Origin: Rhodobacteraceae bacterium CG17_big_fil_post_rev_8_21_14_2_50_63_15
GTDB lineage: Bacteria > Pseudomonadota > Alphaproteobacteria > Rhodobacterales > Rhodobacteraceae
Length of the DNA stretch: 64,000 bases
Assembly (NCBI GenBank): GCA_002783205.1
Contig: PFEY01000060.1
Span: 95,574 to 159,573, forward strand
Direction: 5' to 3'
Part shown: positions 31,714 through 41,080 of the stretch, in pieces
Layout of the letters: every line of letters starts with the position of its first letter
Numbering within the stretch: the stretch's first letter is position 1
The notes under the pieces: generated by a model
The model's input: the letters and a program-made list of their open reading frames with translations, nothing else
Databases searched by the model: none
Told to the model about the DNA's origin: nothing
Made by a program: the position numbers and the translations under genes

Positions 31714-32220
31714 TCAGTCGAACAGCTGATTGCCTTCGTGAACGGGTGTTCCGTCACGAAGGGCGCGCAGATCGCGCAGGAAGGATTGCACGAGCCGAAG
31801 AAGCATCAGGCCAAAGCCGACAGGAACAGCAAGCAGAAACCACACCATGGACACGCGCAGACCGGCGCTGACCGATCCGAACTTGGCGGAGACCAGAACG
31901 GTCTCCCACGACCAGTAGAGTGCGATCAGGGCGACCGCCGCCATCATCAGATCGCCAAAGATGTAGAGCGCGGCCTTGGTGCGGGGTCCGACGTAATGCA
32001 TGATCACGTCGATGCGGATATGCGCGCGCTCGCGCACTGCGGCCGCGGCCCCGATCCATGCCAGATAGATGAAGGCGTAGCGCACGATTTCTTCGCCCCA
32101 GACAGAGGAATAGGCAAAGACCTCGCGCCGGATTACCTCGACCGCCATGGTCACGACGAGCATCATGTAAAAAATCAGAAGCGCCCATCGCTCCAGATTG
32201 CGGTCAAGTGTGCCGAGCAT
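31714..32220 (-). CDS. hpsL: TRAP small permease HpsL
   Basis: DctQ motifs WGEEIVRY and HIRIDV; hps synteny. Confidence 0.82.
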   Translation of the reverse strand: MLGTLDRNLERWALLIFYMMLVVTMAVEVIRREVFAYSSVWGEEIVRYAFIYLAWIGAAAAVRERAHIRIDVIMHYVGPRTKAALYIFGDLMMAAVALIALYWSWETVLVSAKFGSVSAGLRVSMVWFLLAVPVGFGLMLLRLVQSFLRDLRALRDGTPVHEGNQLFD

Positions 32221-32325
32221 GTCAAACCTCTTGGGTCCAGGGGGCACCGGGCCGACCTGTCCGTTCTGTCATTCTCAGGGGACATGCCGGACGCGGCCAT
32301 GGCACGCGCCCGGTGTTTGCCCGCA

Positions 32326-33471
32326 TCAGGCGTCGTGGACGTAGAACTTGCCCTTGGTGCCCGCCGCCTCCACCAGCTTGTCGAAGGTCTCCATAGATCC
32401 GGCCAGTTCGGTCTTGAAGCTGTCCCATTCCGAACGCTGGAAGCCCACTGTCTCTTGCCATTCCGCCAATTGATCGGCTGTCAGGGAATGGAACTCCACA
32501 CCCGACTTGCGCATTTCGGCCATGGCGAAGGTCCGTGCCGATGGCACTTTGGCGAGGTTCTGATGGAAACTCATCTCCGAGGCCCAGGCAATCGCATCCT
32601 GCACATCTCCGGGCAAGGTGTTGTACCATTCGAGGTTGCAGGCGTAGGTCTGGCTGTCGGGCACCGCCTGAGTGAAGGTGACATGGCTCAGGATGTCCTT
32701 GAAACCGAAAGCATAAAGCGCGCCCACCGAGGGGTCGAGCGCGTCTGCCACGCCCTGCTTGATCGCCGAAGGTGTTTCGCCCCAGGCGACCGGGGTCGGG
32801 TTGGCGCCACCCATGCGGTAGAACTGTTGCAGCATGTTCGAGCCGGGCACCCGGAACTTCACACCCGCCAGATCCGCAGGGGTGATGATCGACGCGCCGC
32901 CTTTGCGCACCGCCATGACACGCGGATCGATGCAGAAATAGAACATCGGCTTGAACCCGCGCGCCTCGACCATCGCATCGACTTCTTTCTTCCAGATGTC
33001 GGAGGTCACAAGGTTGACGAAGCGCTGATTGGAACCGCAGAAATAGGGCATGTTGATCAGGTCAACGGCCGGTGCGAAGGGGGCAAAATTTGACAACGAG
33101 AACTGCGCCGCGTTCACCGTCCCGCCTTGGACCTTCTGCGCCAGCGCAGAGCCGATCCCCAGTTGACCGCCCGGTGCGAGTTTCACATAGATCTTGCCGT
33201 TCGACGCGTTTTGCAAATTCTCTTTCACGTCGAGTTGCATCATTGGATAGGCGCGTGTGGTGCCCACCACATACTCCGTGGCGAGCGTCATCACATGCTC
33301 TGCTGCCGCCTCGCGCTCGCGCTCCTCATTGGCGGTCTGCGCAGTAGCCCCGGAGGACCACAGCACGCCGCCCGCGCCTGCCACGATCGCTGCCGTGACA
33401 CTGCCTGTCGATGCCAGCTTCAAAAAATTGCGCCGCTCCTCCGACACAAGATCTTCGAATTCCGTCTTCAT
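32326..33471 (-). CDS. hpsK: TRAP substrate-binding protein HpsK, Tat signal
   Basis: ERRNFLKL leader; KFRVPGS...PTPVAWGETPSAIKQGVADA DctP motifs. Confidence 0.82.
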   Translation of the reverse strand: MKTEFEDLVSEERRNFLKLASTGSVTAAIVAGAGGVLWSSGATAQTANEEREREAAAEHVMTLATEYVVGTTRAYPMMQLDVKENLQNASNGKIYVKLAPGGQLGIGSALAQKVQGGTVNAAQFSLSNFAPFAPAVDLINMPYFCGSNQRFVNLVTSDIWKKEVDAMVEARGFKPMFYFCIDPRVMAVRKGGASIITPADLAGVKFRVPGSNMLQQFYRMGGANPTPVAWGETPSAIKQGVADALDPSVGALYAFGFKDILSHVTFTQAVPDSQTYACNLEWYNTLPGDVQDAIAWASEMSFHQNLAKVPSARTFAMAEMRKSGVEFHSLTADQLAEWQETVGFQRSEWDSFKTELAGSMETFDKLVEAAGTKGKFYVHDA

Positions 33472-33502
33472 TTGGTCTCCTCCCATGGATAGCCTCATTT
33501 TG

Positions 33503-33685
33503 TTAATGGGTGTCATTTTTACGGGCCGCCTCGCTCTTCAGCGTTGCGACGACAAAGACGATCACCGCCGCCAGAAGCAGCAGCATCTCATGGACGACGT
33601 TCAGAAACGCGACCCCGGAAAGGGCTCCCACCACTACGTTAAGTCCGAAAGCCGCGAACAGCATGACGGCCATTAGCAGGAACAT
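33503..33685 (-). CDS. 60-aa two-TM membrane protein of unknown function
   Basis: GAGGAGG RBS 6 nt before ATG 33685; two hydrophobic helices; co-oriented directly upstream of hpsK. Confidence 0.7.
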   Translation of the reverse strand: MFLLMAVMLFAAFGLNVVVGALSGVAFLNVVHEMLLLLAAVIVFVVATLKSEAARKNDTH

Positions 33686-33727
33686 CGCGTCCTCCTCTAC
33701 GCCGGGGATGCCGACGATTCGAGATGA

Positions 33728-33743
33728 ATGTAAGCGCTTACAT
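33728..33743. promoter_or_regulatory. LacI-type operator, probable HpsR site
   Basis: Perfect palindrome ATGTAAGCGCTTACAT matching LacI/GalR TGNAANCGNTTNCA, between divergent hpsR and hps operon. Confidence 0.8.
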
Positions 33744-33841
33744 AATTTCAGGCAAGCTGATATATTCGTCGCGTAAGGATGGTGATGCAAGTGTAGTTAT
33801 GCGTTCTTCAGACGCAGCCAGCTCTCAGATCGGACCCGTCG

Positions 33842-34888
33842 ATGACCCGACGCATCAAGGAGGACGACCGCAATCTGCCCACCCTGTCGGATGTGGCGGT
33901 GCGGGCGGGTGTATCCACCGCGACCGTTTCGCGGTGTCTGAACTCTCCTGCGCAGGTGCAGCAAGTTACCCGTGACCGGGTGATGGCGGCGGTTGCCGAT
34001 CTTGGCTATTCGCCGAACTTCGGTGCCCGGGCGCTCGCGGCACGGCGCACCGGCACGATCGGTGCAATCATTCCGACGATGGAGAACGCAATCTTCGCGC
34101 GCGCCTTGCAGGCGTTTCAGGAGGAACTGCACCAAAGCGGGCTGACCCTGCTGGTCGCTTCGTCCTCTTATCGCCCCGAGATCGAAGAGGAGCAAATCCG
34201 CACCCTCGTGGCGCGCGGAGCAGATGCGCTGTTCCTGATTGGCCACGATCGCGCCGAGACAATCTATGAGTTTCTCGACCATCGCGGTGTGCCGGCTCTG
34301 ATCGCTTGGGTCTTTGATCGCGCGCAGGGGCGGATCTCGATCGGGTTCGACAATCGCCGATCGATGGCAGAGCTTGCCCATGAGGTGCTTCGGCAGGGAC
34401 ATCGCGACATCGCCATCATCTCTGCATTCGTGGAGGGCAACGACCGGGCACGGGCGCGGGTGGAGGGGGTACACGATGCCTTGCGCTGCCATGGACTCGA
34501 TCCCGCCACCATCCAGCTGATAGAGACCGCCTATAGTTTTGAAAATGGAGGGGCGGCGCTCGCCCGTTTGTTCACGGGGAGCCGCCCCCCGACCGCCGTG
34601 ATCTGCGGCAACGATGTGCTGGCTGTCGGGGCGCTGCAAATGGCCCGCAAACTCGGACTGCATGTGCCGCGGGATGTCTCGATCACCGGCTTTGATGACA
34701 TCGAACTGGCCACTGTGGTAGAGCCTGCGCTGACCACGGTCCACGTGCCGCATCGCGAAATGGGCTGCGAGGCCGCGCGGCGCCTGGTGGCGACACTGGC
34801 TGGTCAGAATCCCGGCACCAGCACCTGCCTCGAAACCACGCTCTGCCTGCGCGCGACCCTGGCCCCGCCAGTAACACGGCAAGGCTGA
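33842..34888 (+). CDS. hpsR: LacI-family regulator HpsR
   Basis: TLSDVAVRAGVSTATVSRCLN HTH; DVSITGFDDI and LTTV; divergent from hpsK. Confidence 0.85.
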   Translation: MTRRIKEDDRNLPTLSDVAVRAGVSTATVSRCLNSPAQVQQVTRDRVMAAVADLGYSPNFGARALAARRTGTIGAIIPTMENAIFARALQAFQEELHQSGLTLLVASSSYRPEIEEEQIRTLVARGADALFLIGHDRAETIYEFLDHRGVPALIAWVFDRAQGRISIGFDNRRSMAELAHEVLRQGHRDIAIISAFVEGNDRARARVEGVHDALRCHGLDPATIQLIETAYSFENGGAALARLFTGSRPPTAVICGNDVLAVGALQMARKLGLHVPRDVSITGFDDIELATVVEPALTTVHVPHREMGCEAARRLVATLAGQNPGTSTCLETTLCLRATLAPPVTRQG

Positions 34889-34970
34889 CGTTGGTGAACG
34901 ATCTGCTGGAATTGATCGTTCAGGCCGAGGTATTCGTGACTGCAGCGCATGTTCTTGTCGCAGCGCTGGA

Positions 34971-35672
34971 CTATCCCCAAACAACTTCGCCCAGAAAGAT
35001 GTAGCCTGCGCCATAGATCGTCTTGATCAGGCGCGGATTTCGCGGGTCTTCGTGTAGCTTGGTGCGCAGGCGAGAGATCCGCACATCCATCGCGCGGTCA
35101 AAGCTTTCGCCTGCCGCCCCACCTAACGCCTCCTGCATCGCCTGTCGGGAGATCAATCGCTTGGGGCGCTCCAGAAAAAGCCGCAGCACCTCGCCTTCGG
35201 CATGGGAAAACGGCGTCTCCATGCCGCTTTCATCCGCCAGAAGATAGCGGTCGAAATATGCGATCCACCCGTTGAACCGTGCGACCTCGCCAGCTTGCGG
35301 ACTGGGTGTGCTACGGCGCAGGCGGGCGCGAACTCGGGCCACCACTTCGGCGGGATCGAATGGCTTGATGATGTAGTCATCTGCTCCCAGTTCCAGCCCC
35401 GTCACCCGGTCTTGAACCTGCGCGCGGCCCGAGATGATGATCACCGTGGCGCCTTGTTCCAGCGCAAGGCGATGCACCAGCGTCAGCCCATCGCGATCGG
35501 GCAGCGAGAGATCGACCAGGCAGACATCGGGGCTGGTCTGTCTCAGTGCGGCTTCGAATTCGGTCGCTCGCCCAAAGCTCATGGTGCGAAAGCCCGCCTC
35601 GTTCAAGGCCTCCGCCAGCATCGTGCGGATGGCGGGTTCATCATCGAGAATGGTCACAAGTGGCGCGGTCAT
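34971..35672 (-). CDS. OmpR-family response regulator
   Basis: ILDDE, LVDLSL and GADDYIIKPF receiver; wHTH DVRISRLR...KTIYGAGY. Confidence 0.92.
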   Translation of the reverse strand: MTAPLVTILDDEPAIRTMLAEALNEAGFRTMSFGRATEFEAALRQTSPDVCLVDLSLPDRDGLTLVHRLALEQGATVIIISGRAQVQDRVTGLELGADDYIIKPFDPAEVVARVRARLRRSTPSPQAGEVARFNGWIAYFDRYLLADESGMETPFSHAEGEVLRLFLERPKRLISRQAMQEALGGAAGESFDRAMDVRISRLRTKLHEDPRNPRLIKTIYGAGYIFLGEVVWG

Positions 35673-37576
35673 GGTGTTTCCGGCAAGCTGAGTGCTGCAT
35701 TCAACTGAGTCGCAGTAAAGGGTTTGCGCAGCACCGGCGCCTGCAAGGCCGCCGCGCGATAGAGTTGGTCATCAGGCGGCAGCGAGGTCATCAGCACCAG
35801 CGGGCAATCCTTGCGTCGGGGCAGGCCGACGAGATCAAGCCCTGTCTTGTAACCTTCGAGCACGATGTCCGACAGCACAGCGGATATTTCGGGCAGGTCC
35901 GCCATCAAGGTGACGGCCTCTTCGACGCTGGCAGCTTCGATCACGCTATGGCCCGCGCCGCGCAGCATGTCGCGCAACGTGCTGCGCAGATCGGGGCTGT
36001 CCTCTACCAGAAGAACAAGTCCCGGCGGACGTGCCGCCCCAGCAGGCCGCAGCGGCAGACGAAGCGCCACGCGCGCACCCGTTTCGGTATTGCCAAGCAG
36101 GATGCGCCCACCGGCCAGCTTGGTCATGTCATAGACCATTGGCAGGCCCAGTCCCGACCCTTCGCCGCCCTTGGTGGTGAAGAACGGATCGAGAGCGTGG
36201 TCGATCGCGTCGCGCGTAAAGCCGGGGCCGGTGTCGTGCACCACGAATTCAAGCCATGTCTCCTGGAGAGCGCGTGCCGTGAGGATGATCCGGCCTGAAG
36301 TGCCGCAGGCATCACGGGCGTTGAGGATCAGGTTGAGGAGTGAATCCTGCAACATGCCGGGATCGAGCATGTATCGGTCCGCCGTTGCCTCGCGCTCGAT
36401 CCGTAGCGTGACCCCAGAGGGCAGGGCCGCACGCGCCAATGTTTCCAGATCCCCCAGGAAGGCAGCGAGATCGGTCGGTACCGGCTCGTGCTCGCGTGGG
36501 CCGGTCATGTCGGCAATGCGGTTGAGCAGTCCTCCACCGCGTCTTGCTGCCGCGAGCGTTGCGTTGATCAGATCCTGTGCCGCGGGTTTCAGATCCATCC
36601 GGCCAAGTCGCGACTGCATCCCCAGAATGATGGTCAGCAAGTTGGAAAAATCATGTGCAAGGCCTCTGGTCAGTTGCGCTGCCAGTTCCCGCCTCCGGGT
36701 CTGTTGCAGGGCAGCGCGGGTCTGGCTTTCCTCGGTGATGTCCATCGAGAGGATATAGACCCCGCCGCTGTTGTGATCGGGGGTCAGCGCAACGCGGATA
36801 CGGCGCGAGCTGAGCTCGTGAGTGAACTCGAATACCGAAGACTGGCCGGAATAGGCCTTGTCCAGTTCCGGAGAAATGATCGCCCAGGTCTGCGGTCCGA
36901 GCACGTCCGCGGCATGGACCCCGATGAGAGTGGCACGTGACCCCGGCATGATGGAGGTCAGTTTCTGGTTGGAATAGGTGTAGCGGCGATCAGGGCCGAC
37001 ATGCGCGATATGGGCAGGCATCATTTCTGCGGTCAGACGGGTCCGCGCCTCGGCCTCGGAAATCTGACGCTTGGCCTCTTCGAGCGCCGTGATCGTCGCC
37101 TCAAGCGCGCGGTTGGCCGCCGCAAGCTCTTCGGAATAGCTCAGGATCTGATCCGAGAGTTCCTCGGAGCGGGCCCGCAAAAGAGCCTCTTGCCGCTTGG
37201 TGCGGGTGATGTCGGTATAGACCGTGATCCAGCCGCCCTGCGGCAAGGGCGAGCCCTCGACGCTGATCGTGCGGCCATTGGCGCGGGTGCGTTCCATGTA
37301 ATGCGGCTCGAACGCGCGGGCAATCTCGACGCGGGTGGCCACAAAATCGCCGACATCGCCGACATCTCCGTAGTCTCCGCGCGTTGCCAGATAGTGGATC
37401 GTGTCGGCAAAATCCGCGCCGGGGGTCACGAGCGCGTCGGGCAGGGCGAACATTTCCTGAAACCGGCGGTTGCAGACTGCCAGACGCAAATCCCGGTCAT
37501 AGATGGTGAGGGCCTGCTGAATAAGGTTCAGCCCCGCCATCGTCATGGCGTCATGAATGGCACGGTACGGGAACAT
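35669..37576 (-). CDS. PAS-domain hybrid sensor histidine kinase
   Basis: PAS folds; H-box GLAHDFSNLL; DTGPG, FFTTK and GLGL; C-terminal receiver; start uncertain (37576 or nearby). Confidence 0.88.
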   Translation of the reverse strand: MFPYRAIHDAMTMAGLNLIQQALTIYDRDLRLAVCNRRFQEMFALPDALVTPGADFADTIHYLATRGDYGDVGDVGDFVATRVEIARAFEPHYMERTRANGRTISVEGSPLPQGGWITVYTDITRTKRQEALLRARSEELSDQILSYSEELAAANRALEATITALEEAKRQISEAEARTRLTAEMMPAHIAHVGPDRRYTYSNQKLTSIMPGSRATLIGVHAADVLGPQTWAIISPELDKAYSGQSSVFEFTHELSSRRIRVALTPDHNSGGVYILSMDITEESQTRAALQQTRRRELAAQLTRGLAHDFSNLLTIILGMQSRLGRMDLKPAAQDLINATLAAARRGGGLLNRIADMTGPREHEPVPTDLAAFLGDLETLARAALPSGVTLRIEREATADRYMLDPGMLQDSLLNLILNARDACGTSGRIILTARALQETWLEFVVHDTGPGFTRDAIDHALDPFFTTKGGEGSGLGLPMVYDMTKLAGGRILLGNTETGARVALRLPLRPAGAARPPGLVLLVEDSPDLRSTLRDMLRGAGHSVIEAASVEEAVTLMADLPEISAVLSDIVLEGYKTGLDLVGLPRRKDCPLVLMTSLPPDDQLYRAAALQAPVLRKPFTATQLNAALSLPETP

Positions 37577-37775
37577 GACTCGCTCCTCCTGATCTTTGGC
37601 TAGCACCTGAAGGCCGACCCGCAAAGCCCAATGAGGGGGCTGTTACAATTCGTAAGGTTTGCGAAATGTTCAGGAAAAAGTTGACGGCAACGGTGAATCA
37701 CGCACCTTCTGAGGAGAGGAGAATCGCCTCATGGCGGTCGCGGGTTCGCAGCGCGGACAAATGGGAGGATGATAT

Positions 37776-39749
37776 TTGGCACAGCCGTCACAGACGACGG
37801 ACGGATTGGAGTCCGTTCCGGCGCTCTTGCAACGTAACGCCACCCGATTCGGCGACAAACCCGCCTATCGGGAAAAGGAATATGGTATCTGGCAGTGCTG
37901 GACCTGGGCTGAGACCGAGAAAGAGATCGAGGCCCTCGCGCTTGGCCTTATCAATCTCGGGGTGAATGAGGGCGACTTCATCGCGATTATCGGTCGCAAC
38001 CGTCCGTATTTCTACTGGTCAATGGTGGCGGCGCAGTCAGTGGGGGCGGTTCCCGTGCCGCTTTATCAGGATAGTGCTGCGGACGAAATGGCCTATGTCA
38101 TGGATCACTGTGGCGCCCGCTTTGCCATCGTCGAGGATCAGGAACAGGTCGACAAGCTCATCGAGGTGCAGGAGGATCTGCATCAACTCGAGCACATCAT
38201 TTACATCGATCCGCGCGGATTACGAAAGTACGACCACCGCAAGCTGCACCGCTTCATCGACATCAATGAGCAGGGGCGGGCGGCCTATTACGAACTGATC
38301 GCGGATCTCAAGGCGCGACGAGAAAAGCTGACCTATGACAGCATCTGCGTCATGCTCTACACATCGGGCACGACCGGCAAGCCCAAGGGCGTGGTGCTGT
38401 CCAATCGCAACATCATCGAGTCGTCGAAATCCTCTTCCGCATTCGATCACCTGACGCGTGAGGAAGAGGTGCTGGCCTATCTTCCGATGGCCTGGGTGGG
38501 CGATTTCATCTTTTCCATCGGTCAGGCCTATTGGTGCGGCTTCTGCGTCAACTGTCCTGAGTCGCCCGAGACGATGCAGACCGACCTGCGCGAGATCGGC
38601 CCGACCTATTACTTCGCGCCGCCGCGCGTGTTCGAGACCCAGCTGACGAATGTCATGATCCGAATGGAAGATGCCAGCCGATTCAAGAAGTGGCTGTTCG
38701 ACACCTTCATGGCACATGCACGCAAGGTGGGCCCCGCCCTTCTGGATGGCAAGCCGGTCGGTGCGCTCGACCGGCTCAAATATGCTTTGGGCAACATCTT
38801 CATCTATGGCCCGCTCAAGGACACTCTGGGGCTTGGACGGGTCCGCGTGGGCTATACCGCAGGCGAGGCGATCGGGCCGGAAATCTTCGAGTTCTACCGG
38901 TCTCTGGGGATCAATCTCAAACAGCTTTACGGCCAGACCGAGGCGTCGGTGTTCATCACCCTGCAACCCGATGGCGAAGTGCGCAGCGATACGGTGGGCG
39001 TTCCTGCGCCAGGGGTGGAAATTCGCATCAGCGACACCGGCGAGGTGTTTTATCGCTCGGCCGGCACTTTTGAATGCTACTACAAGAATCCCAAGAGCAC
39101 CGCCGACACCAAGGATGCCGAAGGTTGGGTGGCGACCGGCGATGCCGGATTCTTTGACAAGGACAACGGCCACCTGCGGATCATCGACCGGGCCAAGGAC
39201 GTGGGCAAGATGGCCGATGGGCGTCTCTTTGCGCCGAAATATGTCGAGAACAAGCTTAAATTCTACCCCAACATCCTTGAGGCGGTGGTGTTCGGCAACG
39301 GCCGCGACGCCTGCACAGCCTTTATCAACATAGACCTTGCTGCGGTCGGCAACTGGGCAGAGCGCAACAATATCGGCTATGCTTCCTATCAGGAACTGGC
39401 AGGCCATCCGCGCGTGCTTGACACCATTCAGGCCCATGTCGAGGAGGTTAACCGCTCGCTCGCATTCGATCCGATGTTGTCGCATTGTCAGGTCCATCGC
39501 TTTCTCGTGCTGCACAAGGAACTCGACGCCGATGACGGCGAGATGACCCGCACCCGCAAGGTGCGCCGCAGGATCGTCGAGGGAAAATACGAGGATCTTC
39601 TGACCGCCCTCTATGACGGGTCAAAGGAGATCTTCACGAGGACCGAAGTGACCTATGAGGACGGGCGCAAAGGCCATATCAGCGCGACCCTTCAGATCCG
39701 CGACGCGACGGTGGTGCCGATCGAGAGAGCAAGGGTGGCAGCGGAATGA
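37776..39749 (+). CDS. Long-chain acyl-CoA synthetase (AMP-binding)
   Basis: YTSGTTGKPKG P-loop; YGQTE and TGDAG; TTG start after GGGAGG. Confidence 0.9.
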   Translation: MAQPSQTTDGLESVPALLQRNATRFGDKPAYREKEYGIWQCWTWAETEKEIEALALGLINLGVNEGDFIAIIGRNRPYFYWSMVAAQSVGAVPVPLYQDSAADEMAYVMDHCGARFAIVEDQEQVDKLIEVQEDLHQLEHIIYIDPRGLRKYDHRKLHRFIDINEQGRAAYYELIADLKARREKLTYDSICVMLYTSGTTGKPKGVVLSNRNIIESSKSSSAFDHLTREEEVLAYLPMAWVGDFIFSIGQAYWCGFCVNCPESPETMQTDLREIGPTYYFAPPRVFETQLTNVMIRMEDASRFKKWLFDTFMAHARKVGPALLDGKPVGALDRLKYALGNIFIYGPLKDTLGLGRVRVGYTAGEAIGPEIFEFYRSLGINLKQLYGQTEASVFITLQPDGEVRSDTVGVPAPGVEIRISDTGEVFYRSAGTFECYYKNPKSTADTKDAEGWVATGDAGFFDKDNGHLRIIDRAKDVGKMADGRLFAPKYVENKLKFYPNILEAVVFGNGRDACTAFINIDLAAVGNWAERNNIGYASYQELAGHPRVLDTIQAHVEEVNRSLAFDPMLSHCQVHRFLVLHKELDADDGEMTRTRKVRRRIVEGKYEDLLTALYDGSKEIFTRTEVTYEDGRKGHISATLQIRDATVVPIERARVAAE

Positions 39750-40567
39750 AGGATATGGTCCCTGAAGATACGATCACCGAGGACGGCCGCAAGATCGGTG
39801 GCGTCGTGATGGAGATGAAGAACATCACCCTGCGCTTTGGCGGTGTGGTGGCGATCAAGGACATTTCCTTTGACATCCGGCAGGGCGAGATCCGCGCGAT
39901 CATCGGGCCAAATGGGGCGGGCAAATCCTCGATGCTCAACGTCATCAGCGGCTTCTATCATCCGCAGGAAGGCGAGGTCTGGTATCAGGGCAAGCGGCGT
40001 CCGCCGATGAAGCCGTTTGAAGTTGCGCAACAAGGGATTGCACGCACGTTCCAGAACATCGCGCTCTTTGAGGGAATGACGGTGCTCGACAACGTGATGA
40101 CGGGACGCTTCCGCCAGATGAAGGCGGGACTTTTTGCGCAGGCGATCTGGAAAGGCAGCGCGGAGGCCGAAGAAATGAAGAACCGCGAAGCCGTCGAGAA
40201 GATCATCGACTTTCTCGAAATCCAGCATATCCGCAAAACGCCGGTCGGCCGTCTGCCCTATGGTCTGAAAAAGCGCGTGGAGCTTGCGCGCGCTCTGGCC
40301 GCAGAGCCATCAATCCTGCTGTTGGATGAGCCGATGGCCGGCATGAATGTCGAGGAAAAGGAGGATATGAGCCGATTCATTCTCGATGTGAATGATGAAT
40401 TTGGCACCACCATAGCCCTGATCGAGCACGATATGGGAGTTGTCATGGATCTCTCGGATCGGGTCGTCGTGATGGATTACGGCAGAAAGATTGGCGACGG
40501 CACGCCGGATGAGGTGCGGACCAATCAGGATGTGATCGACGCCTATCTGGGGGTGGCGCATGATTGA
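39746..40567 (+). CDS. LIV-type ABC ATPase (LivG-like)
   Basis: GPNGAGKS, ARTFQNI, LPYG and LLDEP. Confidence 0.92.
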   Translation: MKDMVPEDTITEDGRKIGGVVMEMKNITLRFGGVVAIKDISFDIRQGEIRAIIGPNGAGKSSMLNVISGFYHPQEGEVWYQGKRRPPMKPFEVAQQGIARTFQNIALFEGMTVLDNVMTGRFRQMKAGLFAQAIWKGSAEAEEMKNREAVEKIIDFLEIQHIRKTPVGRLPYGLKKRVELARALAAEPSILLLDEPMAGMNVEEKEDMSRFILDVNDEFGTTIALIEHDMGVVMDLSDRVVVMDYGRKIGDGTPDEVRTNQDVIDAYLGVAHD

Positions 40568-41042
40568 GGTCCGTTTGCACAGTGCCAGGCTGTCCGCCAT
40601 TTCGTCTTGTGCACGCAACGGGGGGGCTGTGATAAGCCTCTGTATCTGGCCGCTCTCCGTTCATGCTGATGGCTGGTCTGAATTTCACGCCAGATGTCTC
40701 TCGGCACTCGAAGCCCTCGTGTCTCCAGTGGTTGCAGGTCTGGGTGATGGCGAGGCCACGAATGGCGTTCGTCGTTATGCTCTGCCTGATGGCCTGCATC
40801 TGCTCGTGGAAATGACACCTCCCGATGGGCTGTCGGCCTGTTCGGTCAATGATCCGACAGGACAAGCCGAGGTAGGGTTTGACACCTGGATCGCCGAGGC
40901 GGTCGCAGCGGGGCGTTACATCCTTGCGAAACCAGGCACATGGCTCAGCAATCAGTGGACTGAGCCGGTTCTTGCAGTTGAAAAACATCGCGCCGACGTC
41001 GGCGTGACCCTCCGGATTGTCGAGACCCGCCATGAAGCCTGA
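40560..41042 (+). CDS. Hypothetical protein inside the ABC operon
   Basis: 160-aa ORF fills the gap between livG-like and livH-like genes; start overlaps upstream stop; no recognised motif. Confidence 0.5.
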   Translation: MIEVRLHSARLSAISSCARNGGAVISLCIWPLSVHADGWSEFHARCLSALEALVSPVVAGLGDGEATNGVRRYALPDGLHLLVEMTPPDGLSACSVNDPTGQAEVGFDTWIAEAVAAGRYILAKPGTWLSNQWTEPVLAVEKHRADVGVTLRIVETRHEA

Positions 41043-41080
41043 AGCGCCAAGCAAACTTGTCATCGGATCGGAGACAGATC

